DNA from: a virus
Taxonomy: Duplodnaviria; Caudoviricetes
Length of the DNA: 64,000 bases
Direction: 5' to 3' (one strand)
IMG/VR virus record: IMGVR_UViG_2862465376_000001
Coordinates: 1-64,000 of that record
Positions 52,225 through 62,259 of this stretch are shown here, piece by piece (the stretch's first letter is position 1; each line of letters begins with the position of its first letter). A program made the position numbers and the translations under genes. The notes beneath the pieces are model-generated. The model had not been told where the DNA came from. It saw only the letters and a list, made by a program, of their open reading frames with translations, and did no database searches.

Positions 52225-53754
52225 ATGCCCGATATCTCTTCTGCGACGTACACGCCGCCTGGCGTCTACGTCTCCGACGAATCGACTCCTACGGTCACCC
52301 CGCGTTCGGTGTCGACCTCGACCGTGACGCTGATCGGGCCCGCGCTGGGCTACGAGACGTTCTCCGAGGTGGTGACGGTCTACTCCGGCTCGGCGACGCC
52401 GCTGACGCAGAAGGGCGTCTACACGACGGCGGTGGTGGGGCCGCCCGCGATCGCGGCGCCGGTCGTCACGTCCCTGGCGGGCGTGGTGATGGAGTACAGC
52501 ACCGACTACACCTTCGAGGTCGTGGCCGGGTCCGGCGGCGCGCCGACGGCGATCACGCAGATCCGGCGACTGTCTGCGGACGAGGGCGACCTGACGCAGC
52601 CCAGTCCGAAGGGGCTGAAGGACGGCGACCAGGTCCGGGTCACGTACGCCTTCACGTCGGCGACGTACTACGAGCCGACGGTCTTCGAGGACTTCGACCA
52701 GGTGGTGGCCACGTACGGCCCATCGCTGGTATCGGTCGCGCCGACGGACCCGACGGCCTCGCAGGTGGCGTCGCCGCTGACGCTGGCGGCGAAGATCGCC
52801 CTGGAGAACGGCGCGTCGAGCGTGCTGTGCGTGGCGACGGACCCGACGGCCGGGGACTTCCAGGCGCAGCTGAAGGCGGCGTACAAGAAGCTGGAGACGG
52901 ACTACCGGGCTCAGCTCCTGGTGCCGCTGCTCGTGGACGGTGCGTACGACGCCCACACGCCGACGAACGTGGCGAACCTGCTGACGGACGTGAAGCTGCA
53001 TTGCGAGACGGCGGCGGCCGAGGGCTACGGCCGGATCGCCTTCACGGGCGTGGCGACCACGTACGACAACACGACCGGGCACGACCAGCTGGCGGTCCAG
53101 CAGAGCAGCAAGCGTCTCGCGCTGGTGTATCCGAACCGGCTGCTGGCGTTCAACTCGGCGGTCAACGCCTCCACCGAGATCGACGGGTTCTACCTGGCGG
53201 CCGCGATGGCCGGACGGCTGGCCCGCAACCCCGTCGCGCGCGGGCTGACGAACCAGTCGCTGACGTCGTTCACCGGCCTGCCCGCGACGATCGCCCAGGG
53301 CATGACCCGGACGTTCAAGAACAACCTGTCGAAGTCCGGCGTGGCGGTGGCGGAGATCAACCAGGCGTCGCAGCTGATCGTGCGGCACGGGGTGTCGACG
53401 CTGATGACGTCGGTGCTCACGCAGGAGATCTCGATGACCCGGGTCGGCGACACCCTGCTGCAGATGCTGCAGACGGGCATGCAGAACTCGGGGCTGATCG
53501 GTGAGCCGATCACGACGGAGATGACAATCAGCGTGAAGTCGTCGCTGATCGGTCTGCTGGAGCAGGCGGTGTCGGACGAGGTGATCGTCTCGTACGCCAA
53601 CGTGCAGGTGCGGCAGCTGTCGGCGGACCCGTCGATCATCGAGGGGACGTTCTCGTACAAGCCGCCGATCCCGATGAACTACATCGTGATCAAGTTCGCG
53701 GTCGACCTGTCGACCGGCGACACGACCACGGAGGCGACGGAGGAGGCGGCCTGA
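52225..53754 (+). CDS. Contractile tail sheath protein
   Basis: YTPPGVYV N-terminus, AAAMAG, VRHGVST..EIS..R..D, YKPPIPMNYI. Confidence 0.9.
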   Translation: MPDISSATYTPPGVYVSDESTPTVTPRSVSTSTVTLIGPALGYETFSEVVTVYSGSATPLTQKGVYTTAVVGPPAIAAPVVTSLAGVVMEYSTDYTFEVVAGSGGAPTAITQIRRLSADEGDLTQPSPKGLKDGDQVRVTYAFTSATYYEPTVFEDFDQVVATYGPSLVSVAPTDPTASQVASPLTLAAKIALENGASSVLCVATDPTAGDFQAQLKAAYKKLETDYRAQLLVPLLVDGAYDAHTPTNVANLLTDVKLHCETAAAEGYGRIAFTGVATTYDNTTGHDQLAVQQSSKRLALVYPNRLLAFNSAVNASTEIDGFYLAAAMAGRLARNPVARGLTNQSLTSFTGLPATIAQGMTRTFKNNLSKSGVAVAEINQASQLIVRHGVSTLMTSVLTQEISMTRVGDTLLQMLQTGMQNSGLIGEPITTEMTISVKSSLIGLLEQAVSDEVIVSYANVQVRQLSADPSIIEGTFSYKPPIPMNYIVIKFAVDLSTGDTTTEATEEAA

Positions 53755-53758
53755 GCCC

Positions 53759-53833
53759 GCGCGGCAGGCGTCGTGACGGGCCCCTGCCGCGCTTTATGGA
53801 GGACCCCTGGTGTGAGGGCGCCGGGGGTCCTCT
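53759..53833. terminator. Two hairpins between convergent genes
   Basis: GCGCGGCAGG/CCTGCCGCGC then TTT; GAGGACCCC/GGGGTCCTC. Confidence 0.6.
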
Positions 53834-53837
53834 GCTG

Positions 53838-54125
53838 TCAGTCCTTCAGGAGTCCGATCCGGGTGAACAGCTCGCGGTCGGCCAGGACCGCCGCACGGTC
53901 GGCGTAGTTCGCCGGGCGGCTGCGGGACCGCTTCCTGGCGACGTCGGCGAGGATGGCGAGGATGGCAGCACTGCCCTCGTCTGGAGCCTCGTCGTGCACC
54001 GCCTTGGCACGTTGATAGGCCGCTTCCAGACGTCTGCCTTCTTCCGACGGGACTCCTGGAAAGTGCTCGACGGCGCCCCAGGACCTCGCTGCCAGGTCTT
54101 GTGCTCTGACCATGGTTGTACGCAT
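53838..54125 (-). CDS. Small hypothetical moron-like protein
   Basis: Only credible ORF between sheath and tube; terminators downstream. Confidence 0.55.
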   Translation of the reverse strand: MRTTMVRAQDLAARSWGAVEHFPGVPSEEGRRLEAAYQRAKAVHDEAPDEGSAAILAILADVARKRSRSRPANYADRAAVLADRELFTRIGLLKD

Positions 54126-54150
54126 GGCCTCACGGTAGCGCGGCCCGCTG

Positions 54151-54185
54151 CTGTCCGTCGCCGCCCATCCCGCCCCAGTGGGTGA
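54151..54185 (+). promoter_or_regulatory. Late-type bipartite promoter motif
   Basis: CTGTC-N20-CAGTGGGTGA. Confidence 0.65.
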
Positions 54186-54208
54186 GACCTACGGATGGGG
54201 TGGTGAGC

Positions 54209-54712
54209 GTGCCTGCAGGAAAGGTCCGCGTAACTGGAAGTGGATATTCCACTTTCGTCTATGCCGGTAAGCCGATCGCGTTCCTCAACTCGGTGGAGGA
54301 CGCCGGGCAGCGCGCCTGGTCGGACAAGGGCCAGCCCTACGCATTCATCCAGCCCCTCGGCGCGCGGACGCCGGTGGAGATCGCGACGTCCCGGGTTCTC
54401 GGTGGCGCCACCCTGCAGCTCACGATCCAGGAGCTGTGGAACCAGGCGCACTGGGAGCAGATGGCCGGGATGGCCGGGACCAACAACATCGTCGAGATTT
54501 TCGACCGGCTGTCCCGGACGGCGAACTACGTCACCGCGCAGACGATCATCAAGCCGCCGGGCACCGAGTCCAACCCCTCGCGCTGGCGCGGCAAGATCTA
54601 CCACAACGTCACGATCGTCGACATCATGGACGGCGACACCCTGACGGTCGGCGGCCTGGACGTCGCCAAGCCCGTGGTCTGCGCGTACACCCACTCCACC
54701 CGCCTGCGCTGA
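54209..54712 (+). CDS. Tail tube protein
   Basis: 167 aa beta-rich, between sheath and chaperone. Confidence 0.75.
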   Translation: MPAGKVRVTGSGYSTFVYAGKPIAFLNSVEDAGQRAWSDKGQPYAFIQPLGARTPVEIATSRVLGGATLQLTIQELWNQAHWEQMAGMAGTNNIVEIFDRLSRTANYVTAQTIIKPPGTESNPSRWRGKIYHNVTIVDIMDGDTLTVGGLDVAKPVVCAYTHSTRLR

Positions 54713-54726
54713 CCAGGAGCACGACG

Positions 54727-55245
54727 ATGACGGACACCACCTACGGCACCTACGACCCCGCCGACCGGCCGGGCCGCAAGGCCACCACGCCGGAGCCGTC
54801 GGCCCCGCTGAAGGGCGCGGACGGCACGGACCTGCCGTCCTTCGACCAGGGCTACGCCGAGCCCTTCAAGGGCCTCACCTACCTGGGCGCGCTGACCAAG
54901 GAGTTCTCCTGGCTCGGCCACACCTTCGTCATCCGCACCCTGGGCCTGGACGACCAGCTCGCGATCGCCCAGGTCGCGGCGAAGTACAAGGACGGCGGCG
55001 AGCAGCTCGCGTACACCACGGCGGTCGTCGCGATGTGCGTGGACTCGGTCGACGGCGAGTCGCTGCCGTCCCCGTACGGCGAGGACCAGGACCTGGCCGA
55101 GTGGGCGCACCGGCGGTTCGGGTACGTCAAGGCGAACTGGTACCAGCCGACGATCAACCGCGTCTGGCAGGAGTACCTGGAGCTGGAGGACAAGGTGGCC
55201 GAGGTCGTCGAGGCCATGGGAAAAGCCTTCGGCCCGGCCGCGTAG
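54727..55245 (+). CDS. Tail assembly chaperone (gpG-like)
   Basis: Position before tape measure; ends near slippery G GGA AAA. Confidence 0.8.
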   Translation: MTDTTYGTYDPADRPGRKATTPEPSAPLKGADGTDLPSFDQGYAEPFKGLTYLGALTKEFSWLGHTFVIRTLGLDDQLAIAQVAAKYKDGGEQLAYTTAVVAMCVDSVDGESLPSPYGEDQDLAEWAHRRFGYVKANWYQPTINRVWQEYLELEDKVAEVVEAMGKAFGPAA

Positions 55246-55664
55246 ACCCGTGGCTGGAACGCCATCTGCGGATCGCTGAGCGGCGGGGCCTGCTCTCGGG
55301 GCGGCGCCTGTCCAGGGTGCAGCAGTTCGGCCTGGAGCTGCTCATCCTCGCGGACGGCTGGGCCGCCGGTGAGGACCAGGAGGAGCGGCTGCGGCTGGCG
55401 CTCGTCTCGGCCGGTCGCGACCCGCTGGAGGTTATCGAGCGGGAGCCGGACTCCGACGACGACTTCGATCCGGCGGCCGACGAGGACAGGGACTTCGACT
55501 ACTCCGCCGTCGACTGGCAGAGCGATGCGTCTGCAGACGACTGGGAGCGCATGCAGGAGGTCCTGTCCTCCTCGCGGGTCACGGTGTCTGGGGCCGGGCG
55601 CGCGGGTGCTGACGCCCCGCCGGTGCCGGACATGAGCGACGGATTCGATCGGGAGTGGCAGTAA
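55218..55664 (+). CDS. -1 frameshift extension of tail assembly chaperone (gpGT-like)
   Basis: GGGAAAA at 55218-55224; open -1 frame to TAA overlapping the tape-measure ATG. Confidence 0.8.
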   Translation, partial: GKSLRPGRVDPWLERHLRIAERRGLLSGRRLSRVQQFGLELLILADGWAAGEDQEERLRLALVSAGRDPLEVIEREPDSDDDFDPAADEDRDFDYSAVDWQSDASADDWERMQEVLSSSRVTVSGAGRAGADAPPVPDMSDGFDREWQ

Positions 55665-57907
55665 TGGCGACGCCTCCGCCGCCCTCTGGGGACGGCAGCG
55701 CACCGCAGGGGCTCACGGGCTCCCTGCAGCGGCTGGTCATGCAGCTGCAGGCGCTCATGCACCAGAACCAGAGCCAGCAGAACCTGCCGTCGAGCGCGGC
55801 GACCGCGTTGCGTCAGGCCCGCCAGAACATCCTGAGCCCGCAGGCGCTCCTGGGCGGTCAGGTGCCGCCTGCGGTGGCCCCGACCGGGCAGTGGCTGCAG
55901 CAGCAGGCGGCGTCCTTCCTGAGCCAGGTCATCCTCGGCCAGCCCCAGCACCGGAGCGGCAACCCCGCTGGCCAGCCTCCGGCGCCGTCCGGGCCGACCT
56001 CTCCAGCCCCCGCGCCGGGTCCTCCGGCTGTTCCGCCGCCCGTTCCCGGCATGCCGTATCCGTACCCGTACGGCATGCCCTATGGCTCTCCCTACGGCAC
56101 CCCGTACGGGCCCACGCCGTACAACGGTCCCCAGCCCGGCCCGTACCCGGGGCCGATCGTCGCGCCCTCGCACCCTGGCGGAGGCGGAGGTGGCTCATCG
56201 ACCGGCGCGGGGTCCTGGACGCGGGCCATGCTGCCCGCCGTCGGCAGGCTGGCGTTCGGTCCGTGGGGCGCTGTGGCGGGCACCGCGCTGTCGGCCGCGA
56301 CCCAGATCCCGGCCGAGATCCGTTCCCAGCGCGATAAGAACGCCTACTACCAGTCCATCGAGGGCGGCTCGAACGTTGACGGCTTCGCCGAGCGGGCTCA
56401 CGAGGAGCTGTACCGCTGGTCGACGCCGATGGTGTTCTCGTCGGAGGAGGCCCGGAAGGCGTTCAAGGGCGTGACCAAGCTGGGCTACAACTCCAAGGTC
56501 GAGGACGGCATCGGCCGCCAGGACGCGCTGAACTTCCTGTACCACGGCAAGACCCGGCGCGGGCAGACTGTGGACGAGGGCCTGCAGCAGCTCCAGGTCA
56601 ACTCGAAGAACGCCCTGGGCAGCCTCAACGACCTCAACGACGCCCTGAACGCAGTCTCCGACAGCGCGGGCAAGGCCGGGATCAACGCTCAGATGCAGCG
56701 CGCCGAGTTCACCCAGCTCATGAACACGGCCATCAAGAACGGCTACGGCTCCTCCGCGACCGACGTGGCCTCGGCCGAGCAGCAGATCAAGATCGGGTAC
56801 GGGCGGTCGTTCCAGGACGTGGATGTCTCCCAGCGTCTGGGCCTGAACCGGGCCTATATGGCCTCCTCCACGACCGGCATGAGCGTGTCCGACTACCTGA
56901 CGGCCGGGGTGACGGGGAAGCTCGCGGCCGACGCGAAGCTGGACCAGACGATCGCCCGGACCGTGCTGAAGGCGGGCGTCGAGGCGTGGATCAAGGAGGA
57001 GATCTCCAAGGCGGGCGGCGCGGGCAACCTCTCCGAGGACGTTGTCCAGCAGATCGCCGAGGAGATGATCCGGAAGTTCTACCCGAACGACTCTCCGGCG
57101 CTCGCGCAGGCCGTCGCGACGCTCTCCGGTCTCCCGGACCTGGGCAGCGACCCGGTGAAGGCGGCCATGTGGCTGGTGCAGCAGTACAACGAGAAGGGCG
57201 CCGCCGCACAGTCGGAGAAGACGTCGGCCGAGGACAAGAAGAAGCAGAAGGAGACCAGCAAGAAGAACCAGGTCGCCACCGGCGTCGGCGAGCTGATGCG
57301 GGCGCCGCAGAACGACCGGGGGCCGGGCGCTGGCAAGAACGCGCTCGGCGGCGACCTGGACCGCGAGCACGAGGGCGGCTTCCTCGGCTTCGGCGGCCAC
57401 AACTCCGACGCCTACAACGCCTACCAGGCCTGGCACGACAAGAAGGGTGGCCAGGAGGACCCGGTCATCTACCACCTGCTGAACAAGATCAAGGGCGACA
57501 ACGACTCGAAGGTCGCTGTGTCGACAAAGGACGGCAAGAAGGTCATCCCGCTGGCCGACGCGATCAAGCGACACCGCAACGAGCTGGCGTCCGGCAAGGC
57601 CGTCGTCGTCGAGGGCGACCAGGCGGGCAAGACCGTCGAGGAGATCGTCGGTAAGGACAAGGTCGACCCGCTGCGGGACTTCTCCAAGGAGGCCAAGGCC
57701 ACGGAGAAGGAGGGCGAGTCGTACGCCCAGTGGGAGAAGAAGCACACCGAGAAGGACAAGAAGGGCCGGGAGAAGCTGGAGATCACGCTGTCGGCGGAGG
57801 CCCGGCGTCTGCTGACCGTCATGGACTCCACGGGTGTCAGCGGCTCGGCCGCGACCGCGCAGCCTCCGCTGAGCCCGTGGCCGTCGAACCCCAGCTACCA
57901 GGAGTAG
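55664..57907 (+). CDS. Tape measure protein
   Basis: Helical Ala/Gln/Lys-rich 747 aa after G/GT; Pro-Tyr-Gly repeat N-terminal region. Confidence 0.75.
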   Translation: MATPPPPSGDGSAPQGLTGSLQRLVMQLQALMHQNQSQQNLPSSAATALRQARQNILSPQALLGGQVPPAVAPTGQWLQQQAASFLSQVILGQPQHRSGNPAGQPPAPSGPTSPAPAPGPPAVPPPVPGMPYPYPYGMPYGSPYGTPYGPTPYNGPQPGPYPGPIVAPSHPGGGGGGSSTGAGSWTRAMLPAVGRLAFGPWGAVAGTALSAATQIPAEIRSQRDKNAYYQSIEGGSNVDGFAERAHEELYRWSTPMVFSSEEARKAFKGVTKLGYNSKVEDGIGRQDALNFLYHGKTRRGQTVDEGLQQLQVNSKNALGSLNDLNDALNAVSDSAGKAGINAQMQRAEFTQLMNTAIKNGYGSSATDVASAEQQIKIGYGRSFQDVDVSQRLGLNRAYMASSTTGMSVSDYLTAGVTGKLAADAKLDQTIARTVLKAGVEAWIKEEISKAGGAGNLSEDVVQQIAEEMIRKFYPNDSPALAQAVATLSGLPDLGSDPVKAAMWLVQQYNEKGAAAQSEKTSAEDKKKQKETSKKNQVATGVGELMRAPQNDRGPGAGKNALGGDLDREHEGGFLGFGGHNSDAYNAYQAWHDKKGGQEDPVIYHLLNKIKGDNDSKVAVSTKDGKKVIPLADAIKRHRNELASGKAVVVEGDQAGKTVEEIVGKDKVDPLRDFSKEAKATEKEGESYAQWEKKHTEKDKKGREKLEITLSAEARRLLTVMDSTGVSGSAATAQPPLSPWPSNPSYQE

Positions 57908-57910
57908 GCC

Positions 57911-58564
57911 ATGGCGCTGGCATCCCTGGGCTTCGCCGGAGGCCCCCAGGTGACCTTCCGGATCAACCCCGACTCGATCGACTGGGGATTCGACATCCAC
58001 ACCACCGTCACGCAGACGGTCGGCGGCCGGGTCGTGCACGTCACCGGTGCGACCCTGCGCGACATCACGGTGGCCGGGCACCTCGGCGAGAACCGCAAGG
58101 CGGGACCGTCTCCCGACGGGAACACGGACCACGCCGGGGTCAGCTGGCGCCTGCACGAGGCGTTCGTCGCCAAGTGCCGGGCCATCATGGACTACCAGTC
58201 CAGGGACTCCCGGACCCTGGGGAAGATGCACGCCCCGGCCGTCTTCAACTACCCGCCGCACAACTGGCGCTGGAAGGTCTACCTGACCGAGGTCGCCGAC
58301 CTCGACGGCCAGGCCAGCATCGAGCACCGGACGGGCAAGTTCTCCCACGGCTACCGCATCCAGCTGTTCATCGTGCAGGCCGGAAGCGACTCGCTGGTCA
58401 AGGCGGGCTCGTCGAACAATGCGGTCGACGCCGCGCAGGAGAAGGCGATCTCCTCGTACATCGCCCGCATCAGCGAGGGCATCGGCTGGAAGCAGACCGA
58501 GTACAACGGCGGCCTCATCGACGGAAAGCCCGGCGAGGAGACCGACAAGGGGCAGGAGGAGTAG
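57911..58564 (+). CDS. Baseplate / tube initiator protein
   Basis: FRINPDSI motif, follows tape measure. Confidence 0.65.
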   Translation: MALASLGFAGGPQVTFRINPDSIDWGFDIHTTVTQTVGGRVVHVTGATLRDITVAGHLGENRKAGPSPDGNTDHAGVSWRLHEAFVAKCRAIMDYQSRDSRTLGKMHAPAVFNYPPHNWRWKVYLTEVADLDGQASIEHRTGKFSHGYRIQLFIVQAGSDSLVKAGSSNNAVDAAQEKAISSYIARISEGIGWKQTEYNGGLIDGKPGEETDKGQEE

Positions 58565-58813
58565 ATGGCGAACCAGTGGGGCTCCGACGTACCCGTGTCC
58601 ATGCCGCAGCCGCTCCCAGGCGACCTGAAGGGCATCGTGGACATGGGCGGCTTCACCATGACCGTGGACGGCCTCTTCCCGGACCTGTCGGCCGCCGACC
58701 ACGAGCGGCTGGCCACGCCCACCTACGCGCCCTTCAACCCGCTGGACCGGCGCGTGGAGACCGTCCCCGACCCCGAGGAGGACGAGTCGTGGCAGACGGA
58801 CGCAAGGGCCTGA
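58565..58813 (+). CDS. Small hypothetical protein
   Basis: GGAGGAG RBS. Confidence 0.7.
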   Translation: MANQWGSDVPVSMPQPLPGDLKGIVDMGGFTMTVDGLFPDLSAADHERLATPTYAPFNPLDRRVETVPDPEEDESWQTDARA

Positions 58814-59439
58814 ACTGCACCCTCACCTACCCCCGGGGCGGCGCCAACCAGGTCTTCCGGGCCCGGGTCGACGCCGTCGGCCACGGCATGGTGATGGTCG
58901 CCGACAGCTCCAGCGGCCGGAACTCCCGCGCCTACTACCCGCACCGCGCGACCCCGTCCCGCTTCTACCTGCGGGTCCTGCTCAAGGGGTACAGCGAGCG
59001 GAAGGCGTTCGCCGACTGGATGCAGCGCTACGCCGACTACGTCATGGACCCGGGCCTGCCCGCAGGAGACCGGTTCCCCGACATGCGAGTCCTGATCCCG
59101 GCGCGGAACTTCGACCGCGAGGGCGTGCCGCTGACGGGCTTCGAGTGGGGCGACCAGATCGGCGCGATGCTCTGGACGCCGACCATCACCTTCGAGACCA
59201 CCCGCGAGCCGCAGGACACCGAGAAGTGGGCCGCCAGCTCGTTCGTGGCGGCCGAGGACCCCGACATGAAGTACTTCTGGCCGATGGGCACCCAGCTCGG
59301 CGGCAACGCGGTGCCCTCCGGGAACTACCAGAACATCATCGATGGCAGCGACGGCGGCTCCGACCCGGGCCAGACACCGCCGAACATCGGGATGAACGAG
59401 GGCACCCTGCCGAGCGAGCGGTACGACTACGGGGAATGA
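58789..59439 (+). CDS. Baseplate / minor tail protein
   Basis: GAGGAGG RBS, GTG 58789. Confidence 0.7.
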   Translation: MADGRKGLNCTLTYPRGGANQVFRARVDAVGHGMVMVADSSSGRNSRAYYPHRATPSRFYLRVLLKGYSERKAFADWMQRYADYVMDPGLPAGDRFPDMRVLIPARNFDREGVPLTGFEWGDQIGAMLWTPTITFETTREPQDTEKWAASSFVAAEDPDMKYFWPMGTQLGGNAVPSGNYQNIIDGSDGGSDPGQTPPNIGMNEGTLPSERYDYGE

Positions 59440-59741
59440 GCGAAGCCGCCCCCTGAGTCTCTGGCCGGAGCGCGGGAGCGGCTTCTCTTCCAACAACGCG
59501 ACCAGCTGGGCCGGTCCTGGGGGCAAGGCTACGGGGTCTCGTACTGGTCTGTCAGCAGAATGACGCGGGGCCAGGCTCCCGGTCTGCCCCGGGTCACCTG
59601 GCCCCACTTGCAGCCGCCCACGGCAGCTGCCTCTGCTCTCATGGTAGCGGCCCGCCCTACGTTCTTCGGCACGGGCGGGCCGCTCAGCCGGACGAAGGCC
59701 GACTCCCAACGACGGGAAGCGCCCTCAGCGTAGCGGGGCTC

Positions 59742-59776
59742 GTGTCTCCTCGTCCGCCATTCGCCCCAAGGGGCGG
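59742..59776 (+). promoter_or_regulatory. Late-type bipartite promoter motif
   Basis: GTGTC-N20-CAAGGGGCGG. Confidence 0.65.
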
Positions 59777-59778
59777 AG

Positions 59779-62259
59779 GTGGTCCTGATTCCGAACTTCG
59801 TGAGTGCGCCGGGCGTGAAGGTCTACATCGCGACGGAGAAGCACGGGATCATCGACGTCTCCGACGACCTGGTCGACGGTGAGCTGGTCCGTCGCTCCGA
59901 CGGCGTCTCCACGTTCCGGTTCGCCCTGCAGAACGCGCGCCGGAAGTACGACGGGGTGCTCACGCCGAACGACCGCATCAGCGTGCAGATGAAGCGGCTG
60001 AAGTGGGTCCAGGTCTTCACCGGCTACCTCAACAAAGTGCCGCTGGTGACCGCGTGGCCGCGCGTCGTCCACGTGACCGCCTCGTGCAGCCTCAAGCGCC
60101 TGCAGTACTGGTTCTGGGACTCTCACGCCGAGGCCTCGCAGGCCATGGTCCGCCAGGCCCTCTCGGACGCGGCCAAGGACAACACCATCTCCGACGGCGG
60201 CATGACCAACGTCGTCCTGACGATCCTGAAGAAGGTCGTCGGCTGGCCGGAGTCGAAGGTGCACATCGCCCGGATCCCCGGGAACTGGTACTCGGTCATC
60301 GAGGCCCTGGCCAAGCAGATCAACGCCGAGCTGGACGAGGCCGACGAGGTCGCGCGGACCCTCCTCGAATCGCTGGGCACCGCGTCCGTGGGAGCGGGGG
60401 GCGCCGACGCGTCCGCCCTGACGGGGACGTACGGCGGGTTCAACAGCTCCGAGCAGAAGTCGAACGCGGCGACGATCTACTCCGTCGGCAAGCAGCGCGG
60501 GGCGTCGACCCGGGACTGCATCATCGCGATCATGACGGCGATGCAGGAGTCCGGCCTGAACAACCTCACCCACGGCGACCGGGACTCCGTCGGCCTGTTC
60601 CAGCAGCGCCCGAGCCAGGGCTGGGGCACCCGGGAGCAGATCATGAACCCCGAGTACGCGGCGGGGAAGTTCTACGAGACACTCTTCAAGCTCAAGGGCC
60701 GCGACCGGCTGGAGATGTGGGAGGTCTGCCAGAAGGTCCAGCGCTCTGCCTTCCCCCGCGCGTACGAGAAGCATGAGAAGCCCGCGACCGCGATGGTCCG
60801 CGACCTGGAGAAGGGCGGCGGGTCGAAGGACGCCCTTGACTCGAAGCCGCAGGGCACCATCAGCGGTGTGGCCCTCGCGCAGCTCGCGGTGAACTTCTGC
60901 AAGAAGTACCCGTCGATCCCGTACACCCAGCAGTACGGCGGCACCCAGATGAGCATCCTGAAGGCCGAGCCGCCGCCCGGCCTGGACTGCTCCAGCTTCA
61001 TCCAGGCCATGTACCTGCGCGGGCTGGGGGCGCTGTACAACGTGCCGCGCGTCGCCTCCGCCCAGTACGCCTTCTGCAAAAAAATCTCGGTCAAGACGGC
61101 TCTGGACACGCCGGGCGCGCTCCTCTTCAAGGGCTCCAGCCCGAGCGGGATCCACCACGTCGAGATGAGCCTGGGCAACGGCAAGGACACGATCGGCGCG
61201 CACAGCAGGCGGGCCAACCCGAACGTCGGTGTCGGTCCGACCCTGCCTGCCTCGTACTGGGACTACGGCGGCTTCCTGCCGCGCATCTCCTACACCACCG
61301 GCGCGGGCGGGGTCATCTTCGGGGAGAACGACGGCGGCACCGAGATCCCGGAGCCGACCGACCCGGGCGTCGAGCTGGTCACCGGCGCCGACGCGCCCGG
61401 CTACAACCCGGACGACCCCTTCGACAAGATGTTCGGCGACAACGCGTGGCTGCCGATCAGCACCGCCGAGAACGACCCGAACTACTTCATCGCGCAGGCC
61501 CTGGTCGGTCCGCGCGCGCTCCTCAACGACCAGCCGCTGCTGCCGTACCTGAAGAACCTCTTCAACTCGACGATGCGCTCGTTCTGCTCGGCCCCGAACG
61601 GCGACCTGATCGCCTGGTACCCGGACTACTACGGGATGTGGGGCACGGCCGCGAAGATGGTGATCGAGCCGATCGAGGTCCAGGACTTCGAGGTGTCCTG
61701 GAGCGACGACTACATGGTCACGCACCAGTTCGCCGTGACGGCACCGCTGGGCGGCAACCTCTTCGACCCGGCGACCGGCACGGTGCAGAGTTCCGTCGGC
61801 GAGAGCTACCTGGCCCAGGCCGCCATCCTCACCAGCGGTGTGGTGACGATCGACTTCCCGGGCGTGTGGAAGGCCCTCTTCGGGATGGACATGTCCGAGA
61901 AGGAGGCGGAGGAGTACGCGAACTGGATCAAGCAGCGGTTCGGCGCCCGGCCGGACTACCAGCAGCTGCCCGGCCTGGTCGGCCCGAAGGCCCAGTTCTT
62001 CTCCGCCATCTTCCTGTTCCTGCGCCAGTTCGCCTACCAGTACAGCGCGTCGATCCCGCTGACGTGGATGCCGGAGGTGTGGCCGGGGATGCTGCTGCAG
62101 TTCCCCGCCTTCAACTTCCAGGCGTACGTGACGACGGTGACGCACTCCTTCAAGTTCGGCGAGAGCGGCTACTTCAACACCTCGGTCCAGGTGGCCGCTC
62201 CGGCCCGGCTCACGGGCGGCAAGAAGCTCCTCGGCCTGCCGATGGCGGGAGGCAACTGA
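59779..62259 (+). CDS. Baseplate hub with inserted lysozyme-like and NlpC/P60 domains
   Basis: TAMQESGL..DRDSVGLFQQRPSQGWG..VQRSAFP; LDCSSFIQ..HHVEM. Confidence 0.85.
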   Translation: MVLIPNFVSAPGVKVYIATEKHGIIDVSDDLVDGELVRRSDGVSTFRFALQNARRKYDGVLTPNDRISVQMKRLKWVQVFTGYLNKVPLVTAWPRVVHVTASCSLKRLQYWFWDSHAEASQAMVRQALSDAAKDNTISDGGMTNVVLTILKKVVGWPESKVHIARIPGNWYSVIEALAKQINAELDEADEVARTLLESLGTASVGAGGADASALTGTYGGFNSSEQKSNAATIYSVGKQRGASTRDCIIAIMTAMQESGLNNLTHGDRDSVGLFQQRPSQGWGTREQIMNPEYAAGKFYETLFKLKGRDRLEMWEVCQKVQRSAFPRAYEKHEKPATAMVRDLEKGGGSKDALDSKPQGTISGVALAQLAVNFCKKYPSIPYTQQYGGTQMSILKAEPPPGLDCSSFIQAMYLRGLGALYNVPRVASAQYAFCKKISVKTALDTPGALLFKGSSPSGIHHVEMSLGNGKDTIGAHSRRANPNVGVGPTLPASYWDYGGFLPRISYTTGAGGVIFGENDGGTEIPEPTDPGVELVTGADAPGYNPDDPFDKMFGDNAWLPISTAENDPNYFIAQALVGPRALLNDQPLLPYLKNLFNSTMRSFCSAPNGDLIAWYPDYYGMWGTAAKMVIEPIEVQDFEVSWSDDYMVTHQFAVTAPLGGNLFDPATGTVQSSVGESYLAQAAILTSGVVTIDFPGVWKALFGMDMSEKEAEEYANWIKQRFGARPDYQQLPGLVGPKAQFFSAIFLFLRQFAYQYSASIPLTWMPEVWPGMLLQFPAFNFQAYVTTVTHSFKFGESGYFNTSVQVAAPARLTGGKKLLGLPMAGGN

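Noticed and set aside
59530-59642. 37-codon minus-strand ORF in the 59440-59740 gap
   Set aside because: No RBS, atypical codon usage; the region remains unexplained
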